A DNA stretch of 64,000 nucleotides. Origin: Eremomyces bilateralis CBS 781.70. Lineage: Eukaryota. Below are positions 22,642-35,183 of the stretch, piece by piece. How positions within the stretch are numbered: the stretch's first letter is position 1; each line of letters starts with the position of its first letter. The position numbers were made by a program, and so were the translations under genes. Location of the stretch: assembly GCA_010015585.1 (NCBI GenBank), contig ML975173.1. The stretch is one strand, 5' to 3'. The notes under the pieces were generated by a model. The model searched no databases. It was not told where the DNA came from and saw only the letters and a program-made list of their open reading frames with translations.

Positions 22642-24869
22642 ATGGCGGCTGCTCGAAACCAACCGACGTACGACCTGCTGACAGGTGCGCCCGTCGAACA
22701 CCCCCCACAACAATTGCGCCAAACTTTGCGACAATCGCAGATACGAGCAGGTGAGGCGGCTAGGACGTGATGACCTTAGGATTGCGCTCACCGTTCCTAG
22801 ATTCCGGCAACGAGGATTTGCGGGCGCAAATCAACACGCTCCATTATGAGCTCGAGTCCATCAAGCAGGAGCGCGAACTCGCGGCGTTGGAGCATCAGAA
22901 GGAGCTGCGGGAGTTGGAGAATAGAGCAGAGGCAGACTTCAAGCGGGCTCAAGTATGTTCGCAATACGAATGAGTGATTGGGAGGTTGCTAAGGCTCGAA
23001 CAGATCGCCGAGTCCAAATGTAACACGGCCACGAGCAAGTACGATTCGTTATCGAGGGAGCTACAAGAAGTGCAAGAGAACAGCGTTAATGAGAAACGGG
23101 ATCTGGAGCGGAAGATCAGGGATCTCTCGGAGCAAAATCGCGAGCTTCAGGAAGAAGTCGAAGACTCTCGTGACCAGGTCGCGACGCAAGACAGGGATTG
23201 CCAACATCGAGTCGAGGAAATTGAGTCCAAGTACGGGTCCTTACAACAATCCTTCGATCAATTGCGCGATGACCTCGAGTCGAGGGCGTCATTACTACAA
23301 TCTACCCAACAGAAATTGGCCAAGCAAGAGGCCGATGCCAGCGAGCTGCAGAATGAAGTGTTTCAACTTCGATCGCAGTCGGGCGATTCGAACGAAGTGG
23401 CGGTGATGAAGCGGGAGTTTTCCGAGCAAGTGGCGAACATGAAGAAGCTGGAGGTATCCAACCGAGAGCAACTCGCGGAGCTCAAGCGATTCCGAGAACG
23501 CCAGAAAGCGATCCAAGTGGTCGAGGAGGAGAAGCGCGTATTGGAGGGCCGGGTGCGGATGATGGATGATTTGCGGCGGCAGCTGAGCGAAGCGCAACTG
23601 CGTCGACAAATCCTGGAGGACGAGCGGACCTCATGGGCGTCGTACCTCGAGAGCCAGGACGAATCACAAGGCGAACTTCAATTCGATAGTCCCGAAGAAA
23701 TGGCCCGCGTATTCATGCGCGCAAGACTCGAAAACGCGTCCTTAACGGAACGGCTAGGCGCGATACAACCGGAACTGAGGACGAAGGATGACGCCATCGG
23801 ATCGCTCGAGGAATCCAAAGCGAAGTTGGTCGCGGAAATCGAAACGTTGAAGAAATCGGGGGGTCCCGTGGCCCCCGGAGGCGATAGCAAGGCCCGGGCA
23901 CGATTGGAGAGGCAAAAGAACCTGGCCGTGAAAGAGGTAGAGTATCTCCGCGCGCAGTTAAAAGCGCTGGATGCCGAACAAGCGGAGAACGAGCCGGACA
24001 AATACGATGGAGAAAAAACAGCCCAAATCCAGACGCTGGAAGGTCTGGTTGACGAATACCGTGCAGAGGTCGACAATATCCGCAAAGAGCTCGCCAGCCT
24101 TGAGGACCGCGCCGTCCCCCAATCCCCTTCCACCGGATCGAAAAGACATCGCGAACCCGAGGATGACGAGCGATTAGGCGAGCTCTACCGCAAGAACCAC
24201 AACCTCCAAGACGAGATCTCTAAACTGCACTCTCGCAACGCCGTTCTCGAATCCGAAATGAAGGCACAGAACAAACAGCTCTCGGGGCTCCGACAGTCTT
24301 CTCGCACCCGGGTTCTCGAACTCTGCGACAACCCCACAGCCCAAGCCGAGGCCGTAAAAATGAGTACCCTCCGAACCCTCCGAGTCGAGAACAAGGCGCT
24401 GCTCTCCGCATTGGAAGCGCGATTCGATGCCAACGCTGCGGACGCGCCAAAACTGGTCCCCCAAGCGAGCGTCGACTCGATCCGCGACGAGCTCTCCGCC
24501 GTCACCGCCGAAGTCGCGCAAAAGGAGAAGCGCAACCTCCGCCGCATGCAGATCTACACGGCAAAAGCGGGGGAGTTCCGCGAAGCGGTCGCGTCGCTGC
24601 TTGGATGGAAGCTAGACTTCATGCCGAACGGGCGGGTCAAGGCGACGAGCATGTTCTATCCGGGGGACGAGGAGCAGGGGCAGGAGAATAGCATCGTGTT
24701 CGATGGGGAGAATGGGACGATGAAAGTGAGTGGCGGGCCGAGGAGTGAGTTTGCTCGCGAAATTCGGCCGCTGGTGGAGTTCTGGGTGGAGGAACGGAAG
24801 GAGATTCCGTGTTTTCTCGCCGCGATGACGTTGGAGTTTCACGACAAGACTACCGCCGCGGCAGCGTAA
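22642..24869 (+). CDS. MAD1: Spindle assembly checkpoint protein Mad1 (introns 22751-22800, 22953-23003)
   Basis: Long coiled coil with RVLELCDNPT (Mad2-binding region), EFREAVASLLGWKLDF and IPCFLAAMTLEF C-terminus. Confidence 0.92.
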
Positions 24870-25027
24870 TAATCGTTCTCATGATTGGGAGGCGTATCCA
24901 GTATCCGCAATCTCATTGTTTACTGATACGTTGCCTAGCGTCATGATTCATATGCAGGCACATTTAATGTACGATTTTGCTCCGGATGCGACATTTATTC
25001 ATTCTCGTCTTCGTGAGTTGTCGTGCC

Positions 25028-25754
25028 CTACTCCCGATACTTCGACCTCCACTGGTTCGCTTCCTCCTCACTGATATGTCGGATCTTGTTGATATTCGGC
25101 ACGGACCCTTGGGCCACGGACTTGGCAATCTCAATGGCACTGGCGATAATCCCCTTCTTGGTGACGCAGTATTGAGCTGTCACAGTCTTGACCCGAATCA
25201 AGCAGATGCGCGGGTCATCGGGTCCGCCGTCGCGAACGCCCTGTATCGATCAGTGTCACGCGAACCACGGCGACGGCACCGGGCACTTACGTCTCCCAAG
25301 TCCCCCAGCCACGCACGTAGACCCTCGGAGTAGTATCTTTTGATCTCTTCGCGGTCGGTCTCAATGGTCGCCTTGCCCGCAATCGAGGCCCATTCGCCAA
25401 TCGGGGTGACGAACCCGAGATTCACGTCGCAGTCGGAGTGGAGGTCATCGGTCTTCCCCGATTCCGAATTGGCGTGGAAGATAAGGTCGAGACCGTTGGA
25501 TTCCTGCGGATCTGGTCAGACGACGGCCATGAGACGGTCGAGATGCTCCGGAAACTGACCTTCCCGGCCACAGCCATGCATCGAGACGCCAGGAGCGGGG
25601 AATTCGGGACATGTGTGGTCATCATACAGAACATATGGCTCTCGACAAATGCAGCAAGGTCCTCCACCTTGGTCTTGAGATCGGGTTCATCGACGTTTTT
25701 GGCAGTATAGGGATCTGACAGCTTGTTGCCGGTGGTGGTGTTGCTGGAAGCCAT
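25028..25754 (-). CDS. bli-3: BLI-3-like pyridoxamine 5'-phosphate oxidase-fold (FMN split-barrel) stress protein (exons 25754-25560, 25503-25291, 25240-25028)
   Basis: DPYTAKN...FCMMTT...SRCMA, GEWASIAG, AWLGDLGDGVRDGGPDDPRI resemble the fungal BLI-3 family. Confidence 0.8.
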
Positions 25755-28623
25755 GATGAGGTTTGAAAGTCTTTGACTGATCAGAACGGCTCGACTCGAA
25801 GTTTGGAATGTACTGGTATGTTTGAGTTTCGAAATCTAGCATCATGAAGCGGCTGGTGATGTTTTGTCGGATCAATATATATGGAGGCCCTGTATAGTGT
25901 GACTACTGGTATGATACGGTGGTGATGTCATTGAACGAGCTCTCCCCAGACTCTCATCGACCACACGGTATCCAATTTTGCTCTAGAATGCGCTGTCAAA
26001 GTGTCCGAAATGGTATATTCCATTGTAATATACAACCTATGTACATACATTATATCTGGTTACTGTTCTTATATTTTATGCGTTCGGAATAGCTTCACTA
26101 TCCTTCAAGAAGAGCTATCCTCAGTTGGTGTGCTAGGGTTACGCGCTAGACCTAGAGTCTGACTCCCAAGGTGACGACAGACAAGACAGGCATTGATGAC
26201 GAGAGAGATCGAGATGCTCCTCCAGGATATTCTGGTAACCCCGACTAGACTCTTGATTGCGGCGTCAACTTGCCCTGTCGTGGCTTTGTGTCCGAGGAAA
26301 ACGTCTGGTTTCCTACTGTTAGTCTACTGATTCAACTGTCCAACCTTCCTCCTGCACCGCTACGGGCTAAGCATTTGGCTCCATCCTCCTATGCCCTGCT
26401 CATTGGGCGAATTGAAAGCACAAAGAAGCCTTTCTGAATGCCATGTTCTCCAATATCGGCATCGGAGAATTATCGTGCTCATATCGGCTCGCAATGCTGT
26501 CGTAAAAGCCACTGTATGCCCTTGTGCGCGTAACACTGCCCACTGGATTCGTCCAACAGGCAGTGAGCGCAAAATGAGGGCACGAGGTTTGGATCAAGCG
26601 GCGAATCTTGAATGGACCCGGTGTGTTCTCAGCGGAAATCGGTTGCTCGCTGACAGCTTGCTTAGGTTGCTTGATGCATCATCCCACGTTCCTAGGGATA
26701 GATAGCACTATCGATGTCAGTCAAAAGAAATGCAAGCACGCAATGAGCCAAGTCACTGAGAGCAAAATAGGACACTAGGCATACAAAAGAATTGAGTGTC
26801 AAACTCACACTGGGCGAATGAGGAATCCGACAACCATCCTTCGTAATTTCGTTTCCTTTTTTCTGCCAAACCCAGCCTTAAACCGCAGAACGACACAACC
26901 CAACTCTCCGAGCGAAACGGATTGCTGCTGAGCGCTGGCAGTGGATCTGTCACATAACACGCTCCCTAGATTCGTGCAGCGGGCATCAAAGGGCTGCATC
27001 ATGCATATTGCATGCGACATGCCAGGCTAGGCGCTAGCTTGCGAGCATCATTAAATGCAGCAGCCAAGTGTGGGATTGTCTCAATCTCAATGCGCGAATC
27101 AGAATCCGACGAGTTCCCTCCTTTCACCCTTGGCTCCCGAAAGCCTTCCCATAATCCAGGCTTGCTTTTGAGCGGTTTCTCCACCCCGTGTCTCCGCCGA
27201 AACGGGGCAGTCGGGGAAGTGGAGAACAGGGAACGGGGAAGACTGGAGCGATGGAAGCATGCTTAGCATGGAAGAATGGAATTTTAGAATGGGGAAAGCT
27301 GCCGAAAGCATCCCTAAATCTCCAGAGTCCAATAATACGACAGTCGACATCCCTTCATTCCCTTGCCTCATGCCTGCCTTCAGCCTTCCGCCCGCTGTCT
27401 GACATCTAGCAAGTAGCAAGCTAAAACCAGTGTGGGGGTAATATGGTAGTTGCAGCCATGCAGTGCTGCACTGGGCACATCAAACCAGAGATCCTGAATC
27501 CAGCGCAAATGATACGCAGGGAGAAAGATGGAAGAATCATTCAGATTGAATGGCCGGAAGTGTCGGTGAGGACTGAAGGGGTTCAAAAAGCCTCCGAAGC
27601 CCTTCGTTTTTCCACGATGGAAAGAATCCGAATCCAAATTCCTGCATTCAATCCTTCTTCACCAGCCTGAGTCGTCGTCGTCCTACCGTCCCCTTCAGTG
27701 TACTACTCAATATCAACTTATTAAGTCAACGTTGCGTAGCAGAGTTGGCCGCCTCCTCTCCAATCCATTTCAAAGGATTTATATCACGTTTGGGCCAAGC
27801 ACTCGCTGCTCTAGAATTCGACCGACGTGTCTTGGATTTATTTTCTACAATCTGGCATATGCAAGAATTGGTCGCACGGCAACCCAGGTAACCCTCCTAT
27901 TTCATTCCTTGGCCAGTCAAGCGTTTCGGGACTCCGTGTCCGTCTTACTTCCAACATTCCACGTCACTCCATCAGACACAGACCATATTTCAGCCCGCAC
28001 CATTCGCCCGACCACCTTGGTCTTTGCACACTTGTCGGACACTTGTCATACAACATACTTTTCAATTTTTTTTCTCGGTGGTTGATCGGACCTCCTGCGC
28101 TGAAAAGCCATGGTGATCCGTGCCGAGGTCAGAAATGATTCTTAATGGTTGATATCCGAGAAATGAGAGGAGGGCCAATTGGCCATTTCACAGCATCATT
28201 ATGCAACCCTGGTGCATATTGGGCTTCTGTTCGCACACGACTTACCAGAGATGTATTGATTCTGACTCAGACAAATAGGATTTCTTTGTTGACCAGTGGA
28301 CGCTCCGTGCCGTGACTCAGGAGCACTCAAAATCTCAAGCCAGTCTGGCCTTGACAACACAGAGTTTTCCCGCTCGAATCGTTCTCCTTCCGCCGAGGTC
28401 CGCTTGTCGTCATTTTGGTCGACGTCTTAAGAAGTCTCCGTAACCGACCTTTATATAATTCCCGAACAACCCATTCCATCATCGACCAGTGACTTGCTCG
28501 CACCTCTCCCTTACAGAATCCAGCCGCCCTTAACGTTCGACGACTATCGGCCACGAATACATTATCCACAGTGTCGGAATCCTGAGATATCAAACCTCAT
28601 TACACTCGTTCGCAGTCCTCAAA

Positions 28624-28830
28624 ATGCCTGCCGCTCAAAGCTCCCACCCGCGCGTCCGCCTCTCCATCTCAACACATCCGACTCTCTCTCATGACATCGC
28701 GGCCGCATTCAAAGCAAGCCAACCGATATCCATTCGGACGATCGGCGTCAGCGTAGCCGAAACACCGGCTCCTCCACCGTCGCCAGTGGACTTTGGATTC
28801 ACGGACACCAACAAATCGCGAAACTCGTGA
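28624..28830 (+). CDS. Candidate 68-aa micropeptide
   Basis: caaaATG start context, Ser/Pro-rich with ETPAPPPSPVDF. It is the only plausible ORF in a gap of about 3 kb. Not verified. Confidence 0.3.
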   Translation: MPAAQSSHPRVRLSISTHPTLSHDIAAAFKASQPISIRTIGVSVAETPAPPPSPVDFGFTDTNKSRNS

Positions 28831-29197
28831 CATACGACGCGGAGATTGTCTGCTATTTCTTTTCTCGGGCCCGGCGTCGCTGGATAGGGGTTTCTTTCGG
28901 TCTGGTTCACGGTCGTTTTAGCGACCTGGATGAACATCTGAGATATTGGGGCGTTCTTATGAGATCAAGGCACATACCCACCAGGCGCTGACATATTCAG
29001 AGCTGGGTTTCTCGGGTGTCTTAAAAGTGAGGGAATCCTCGGGGAGGCACAGCCGGTCTGACTGTGTGAATATTCAATGTCGTTGGCACGAGACGATGTG
29101 TCGCGTGCGTGACATGCGCGAATTTAGTTCGATATTTATTGTAAGAAGAGCAGATGCGATATACCGCTATTTTATTCCAGACAATATGTTTTAATCA

Positions 29198-31459
29198 TTA
29201 GTCCTCCAGCTCTTCTTGTGAGATGTCTCTCCATTGCTCGATTCTCGCCTGCAAGCCGTCCAATCGGCTGGCTGGTTTCTGGATTTCTTGATCTGTGGGC
29301 AGAGAGCTCTCGAGTTGGCGCAGAGTTTCGGTGATTGCTCTGAGTGAGCCATCAGGGGTGTCTTCCGGGCCGCTTTGCTTTGGGAAGATGCTTGAGAACC
29401 GTAGTAGCTCCGTTAGTGTTTTCCAATTCTGGAAACGAAGATTCTCGATGGTGTAACCGTTCCTATGAAGCGACGGTTCCTTGTTCTCCGCTACCCAACT
29501 CCCTGCCGTCTTTGGTACGGACGTAAGTCGGTCATAGATGATCCTTAGATCGTCATCGGAGCATATGGGTGGCTCCAGGCGCGGAGAAATCGACATTGGG
29601 AAGCTGTGATCCGCAAAATTGCCGCGGACGGGATTGACCATCTCCGTGAGAAGTTGGTCGGCGTGTCCGTTCAACCGGACCAGAACCTCGGCCGTCGAAG
29701 TCTGTCCTTGGCTTTCCTGCACAGACGTTAAAGGGGAACCATCTCCGGGAGCACCGATATCCGAGTCTATTGTCGAGTGATCTTCTGTTGAATTCAAGAT
29801 ACGTTGTATTTGTCCCTGGTCTGGGATAGTGGATCTGTTTTCCTGGAATTGCGATGCCACGAATTCGCGCCCCTCGCTCCCGAACGAAGAACGCTTGGAC
29901 ACAAACCAAACCCAGTGACGTTGCAACAGCGGCTTACCAGATCGCTCACTGATATCGCGTAATCCTTCCCAGGCAAGCTGGAAAGCATTCAGATTCTGTT
30001 GCCCCACTGCATGACTCATCATGATCATATACGTAGAACTATCGGCGTCCACTCCGGAATCCTGGAGCCAGTTGCAAAGCTGGGCGAAGGGGTTCTTGTT
30101 TTCCATCCTTGCAGCCATAGTCAGTAAGGCATTGATCGGAGTCACCGACCGCTTGGATGGGAGTTCATGTTCCAGGTAATGAAACACCATCCTCTGTGCT
30201 AGAGGGAAGATGCTGTTCTCAAGAGCGTCATCCGCGCCCTCAAACCCGACTATGTAGGATAATGACTTGATCACGGAGCTGCACATTTGCGCATTGAACG
30301 AGCCCCCTGAGGCAAGGCAAGCACGAGCCAACGACACGCATGCGATGATGAGATCCACTCGTAGTTCCGCCGGGAGTTCTCGCAAACGGTCATCCGTGCG
30401 GAGGATGCCATTGATTTTCGAGATGAGGGGAGTGGGAGAAGTGTGCCGCAATCCCGTGCCGTTGCGATATCTCAGCATCAGGACCTTATATGCCTCGACC
30501 ACGTTCCTTCGGTTGATGATTTCACTGACGACGATCAATGGGGTCGACGTGGGGCATAGCCGAAGCGACGTATCAAGGCCTAGATAACCGTCTTGAATGA
30601 GTCCATGGTGAAGAAGGCATCGTGTCGCGCGTGCGAGGAGAAGAAGGGACTCTTGGTCCTGCTTCGCGATAGCCGATCGATCCGTTAAGAGGGCGTTGGG
30701 CTGAAAATGATATTTCACGAAACCGTCGGGGAATCGTTCAATGGCGGAGTCCAGCAGTTCGGCAATTGTCGTCCGAATTGCATCGTTCTCGGTGCCGCTC
30801 AGAGCAGACACCAGCTCGATGCCAGCACCGTACACTTCGGGAGAGGTGTATTCCACACCCTGTCGCGTTAGCCAGCGGAAGAAGTCCCATCCTTCCTGCG
30901 GTGCATTCAATTCCTTGAATGTCATCAGTAGATGATGGTATGACTGGGGCCAGGGAGGCGTCTTGGTTTGCTTGATGTGCGAAACCATGGTTTTCGCCAG
31001 CAGAAGTTTCGGACTGCCGCTAGCATCCTGTCGGGCGGTATCATCAGAGCCCTTTCTATATCGAAGCGATTTCGAAATAGCAAACAGGAGAGTCTCATCC
31101 AGAGTTTTCGCCTTAATCGACTCGAGGAAGTACTTCTGAAGGACTGCGATTGGGATCGAATCGAACGAACTGATGTCGGCATCAAGTTCCTGTGAAACAA
31201 TGTGAGCACGACGATTCGATCGGTAGGTAATATACTATACCTCGCTTTCACGATTCAGCCGGGGCGGATTCTCAACGTTCGGTTTCCGGCCGCGAGGGAC
31301 GTGAGATCGATTGTCTTTTTGAGGTCTTGCATGCTGTCGGGCGCGCGTTGAAGCCGCACGTGTGAATTTCGGCAACGACGTGGTACAGAGTGGGATTTCT
31401 GAGTATGATATTGCCCGAGAAGCAATTCTAGCGAGTATTGCAGAGTGCCTTAATTGCAT
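29198..31459 (-). CDS. Putative mitochondrial PPR-like helical-repeat protein (exons 31459-31241, 31189-29198)
   Basis: Arg/Ser-rich presequence-like N-terminus. PPR-like units (VTPINALLTMAARMEN...GVDADSSTYMIMMSHA). Intron joins the exons in frame. Confidence 0.62.
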
Positions 31460-31657
31460 TGCTTGATCTGTAGATGCCGTCGCGTTGAACGAGATAGTTC
31501 ACTCTGGGATGTTGTCGTCGGAAGGAAGATTTACCGACGTCTGAACTTCATCCTTGGACATTAACATTGCTAAACATCCAAGCTGCGAATAATACATTCT
31601 GACCTTCGAATAATCCCCCACACGCATCTTCGATTCGTCTCCCACCCGATTGACAAG

Positions 31658-32327
31658 ATGGCTCCAAACATGACCCTCTTCTCCGTCAATGCCATCTTGG
31701 TCATGTCGGCAGACGACAAAGACTCCGGCAGACTGCTTGCGAAGTACTACTCCGCTCCCCACCCGCCAGCTGGCCTTTCGTCCAACTCGACCGATTTTCC
31801 CGGGGCAAACCCGTATCCCAACACGAAGGATCAAAAGGCGTTCGAGAAGGGTCTCCTGGAGAAGACCGCGAAACAGACCAGCGATGTGATTCTATACGAT
31901 AATCGAGTGGTGGTGTTCAAGATGGAAAATGATGTGATGCTCTACGTGGTCGGTCCCGCCGAGGAGAACGAGATCCTCCTTTACCACGTCATCGCGTGCT
32001 TAAGAGAGGCACTGTATACCCTTCTCAAGTTAGTCTTTCCGGTTCTGCTTCGCATCGGAACTTGCGCTGATCATGGTCAACAGGGGGTCGGTGGACAAGC
32101 GGTCGATAGTCGAGAATTATGATTTGGTGTCGTTAGCCATCGACGAGATTGTGGACGACGGAATTGTTCTGGAGACGGATGCTACGGTGGTGGCCTCAAG
32201 AGTGAGCCGACCGCCTGTGCACGACGCCGCTGCTGCGAGCAATATCGATCTATCGGAACAAGGACTACTCAACGCATGGGATTTCCTCAAGATGAAGGGA
32301 CAAGAACGGCTACGACAAGGATTTTGA
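31658..32327 (+). CDS. RET3: Coatomer subunit zeta (intron 32029-32083)
   Basis: RLLAKYY, QKAFEKGLLEKT, ENEILLY, VDKRSIVENYDLVSLAIDEIVDDGIVLETD. Confidence 0.95.
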
Positions 32328-32638
32328 GTGATTTTCGGTGGGCGTACGGTTCACTGGCGTATGTGGGGTTATGGGTGGGATATTGGTTGCAAAGTCAACA
32401 TGCAGGCGATGCAATGTACCATCTCAGGAGCAGTTGACTATAGATGGGAAAGGCCATAGGCTGCGGCACTCCAACTTGAAACGAAGGTCATTCAATGTGT
32501 CAGAAGGTACATCAGTGCTAATCCATTAGCAAGTGCTTCACTGAATTCCCGAATGGTCAGACTGCCATTGCAGGATCATGCGTCAGGTTTTCCTATCCCT
32601 CCCATCCCATGCGTCCAACGGATGGCTGGCCACCACCA

Positions 32639-34057
32639 TCAGTAGTATTTCTCCTCGCCATCTTCCTCAATAATACCTAGCTCATTCTTTGCCTGCTCCA
32701 AACACTGGTTGAGGTCGATATATGTCGCATAGCCGGGAGGAGGAAGGTCATTCTCATCTTCATCCGGTTGGTCGGGATGCTTTCCATACACTTCGTGCAC
32801 TTTCATTTGTAACTTCCGAAGCCTAGACTCACGGTCAGCAATTTCACCTCGTTTTGCGCCGCTATTGTCAACTAGCATTTGTTCTTTGCGATACTCTTCT
32901 TTGTTACCTCCTTCCATGTAACCTTCTTCATCGTCCTCATCGGGGATGATCACCAACGGACGGTCAACCAGCTCCTCCGGGTGGTCGGGGTGCCATATTG
33001 TAGGGTCTTGGAGATTTTTACGGTTTTGCTGCAGGTCGCCTCCTGGATCATCATGAACGGTCCGTGCCGACGGCTCGGTCGAAATCGGCACGGGCGGCTG
33101 GCTACGAATCATACTGTCAAAAACATCCTCAATTCCGTGATCGCTGCCATAGGACGTCTCCTGATCCCTCGCCGGACCATTGCCAAACCGCCAGTCATCG
33201 TCTCTGACATCACTCAGCAGGCCATCACACCTCGGTTCGGCAGTAGAATATGCAGGAACGTCGGGTTCTGAGTATCCAGGGAGCCTGCCCTCGGCGGGCA
33301 ATTGAACCGCAGTGCTCGACTCGCCGCCGCAGTTGGGACACTGTCCATCGATATCCTCGACAAGATATGGCAATCCCTCTGCTTCGCGGTCGTGCTCGAT
33401 GTCCGTCTCTCCCACGTCGGCCTCACACCCACAGCCGTGGTATTTCATATGGAGTCGGTATTTTCCGACACTTGCCTGAGCCTGTTTCCGTCTTTCTTCG
33501 TCCTCGGCAGTCGATTCCATACTCAGCTTGATAATCTGGGCGAGATCCTCGCCGTCCGAGTCATTATGAGGCTTTTGGGTCTCTTCCATACTCAACTTCA
33601 TAATCTGGGCTAGTTCCTCGTCGTCCGAGTCAGTGAGAGCTTTTTGAGTCTCTTCCATTGACGCCTGAATGGCGGCATGGAGTTCATCATCATCAAATTC
33701 ATCGCGAGGTTCTCCAGGATTCCGGGACTCTTCTTCCGATGCCTTGAGGACCACTTGCAGCTCGTCGTCGTCGTCTGAGAGCTGACCAGTATTGCGAGCA
33801 GCACGACGCTTGTTATCCTCCTCCAATTGTAGTCGTGATAGCTCGAGGACCCGCTCCCCCTCTTCCTGTTCCGCGTTGAGGGCATTCTGCCTGTCCATCT
33901 CTTGACAATCGAAGCATTTTCCGTCATCTTCAATCACAATAGGATCATCCAACAGTTCGCATTCGGCTCCTGACCATTCTACACGTCCGCATTGTTCCAC
34001 TTCTGAGGCCGGTTTGCAATCGCAGCCGGTAAACTTTGACTTGAGTTCTTTGCACAT
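32639..34057 (-). CDS. Acidic protein with N-terminal Cys module, 4-5 tandem UIM-like motifs and a second CGC...CxxC module
   Basis: DDDELQVVLKASEEE, DDDELHAAIQASMEE, DDEELAQIMKLSMEE and DGEDLAQIIKLSMES fit the UIM consensus. First ATG at 34057 (MCKELK). Confidence 0.7.
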   Translation of the reverse strand: MCKELKSKFTGCDCKPASEVEQCGRVEWSGAECELLDDPIVIEDDGKCFDCQEMDRQNALNAEQEEGERVLELSRLQLEEDNKRRAARNTGQLSDDDDELQVVLKASEEESRNPGEPRDEFDDDELHAAIQASMEETQKALTDSDDEELAQIMKLSMEETQKPHNDSDGEDLAQIIKLSMESTAEDEERRKQAQASVGKYRLHMKYHGCGCEADVGETDIEHDREAEGLPYLVEDIDGQCPNCGGESSTAVQLPAEGRLPGYSEPDVPAYSTAEPRCDGLLSDVRDDDWRFGNGPARDQETSYGSDHGIEDVFDSMIRSQPPVPISTEPSARTVHDDPGGDLQQNRKNLQDPTIWHPDHPEELVDRPLVIIPDEDDEEGYMEGGNKEEYRKEQMLVDNSGAKRGEIADRESRLRKLQMKVHEVYGKHPDQPDEDENDLPPPGYATYIDLNQCLEQAKNELGIIEEDGEEKYY

Positions 34058-35183
34058 CGCTACATTGGCCCGATGGAGAGCGTACTGTTGACTTACTAGG
34101 CTGGTTCTTCTGTCATCCAAGCTCGTAAGTCGACAAGAGCTTGCAACAATCTACTCATGGCCCCCCATGGGATTTATAACGTTGTCTGCAACATACAGTC
34201 ACGTCTTAACCGAGCACTTCCCGTAACCACATCATTTATGTGATGGGAAGGGTAGTATACTGTCGTTGAAACCGGAGATTTGCAGTCATAGGGGTTAACT
34301 GGCTGTTGTTTTGAACAGGATCAAGGTGATTCGATGTAAACATATTGCGGTACGAAGTATAAGGGGGTGGACAGACGAACTACTGTGTTCATTTTTGGGA
34401 CATCGCACCCCGAAGGGGAGAGCAATGCATTCCAAGCCGTCGGTGGTAGGTAAGGCTACAAGCAAACCATTCCACAGTCTCGTGACGATCTGCCTGAGCG
34501 TTCGGCGTGAACCAAAAGATTCTAGGCCACAATTACCATAATTCAGTGGATGTAGTTGACTCTCCTTTCACTGGCTAGGACCTGTGCGGATGTGTCTTCG
34601 TGTTATGGAACAACTAGATTGGCGTTTCAATATCGAGAGCTCATATTACCATACCTAGGTGATTAAGGGACTCTAGGCCGAGGAAAAATGATTTTCTGGA
34701 TGGTGATATGTCCCAGTTAACAACTTCAGTTGTCTTGCCTCGTAAGGACTGGAGTGGAGCGGACGTCGGGCCGGACTTGGTGGTACGCTATATACTTGGC
34801 ATTCCGCCCCACCCCGCCCCCCCCCCGACCAACATCGGCAAGTACAAGCCCCAGCTCCATAGCTCTGACGCCGCGGTCAACATCCTCCGCCTGCAACCTG
34901 GCATCAAAATATCCATATCCGCCGCACCTTGAATTCGTGGCCAGAGGCCATCTCTTATCTCGACCATTGCCCTGTTGGAGCCTGTGTAACTCACATCCCA
35001 CCTACTGTAAGAGTTTACAGCCCTACGAATTTTCCGCAATCGCATCTCCGTCATAACAACGCACCCGGTCAAAGCCACCAAACCACCCCCCAATTCCACC
35101 GTCGTTCCTACGGCCCTCAATTCGCTTTTGACCACTTCTTCTCCGATAACCACGCCATAAACCGCTCATACCGTACGTTCAGT

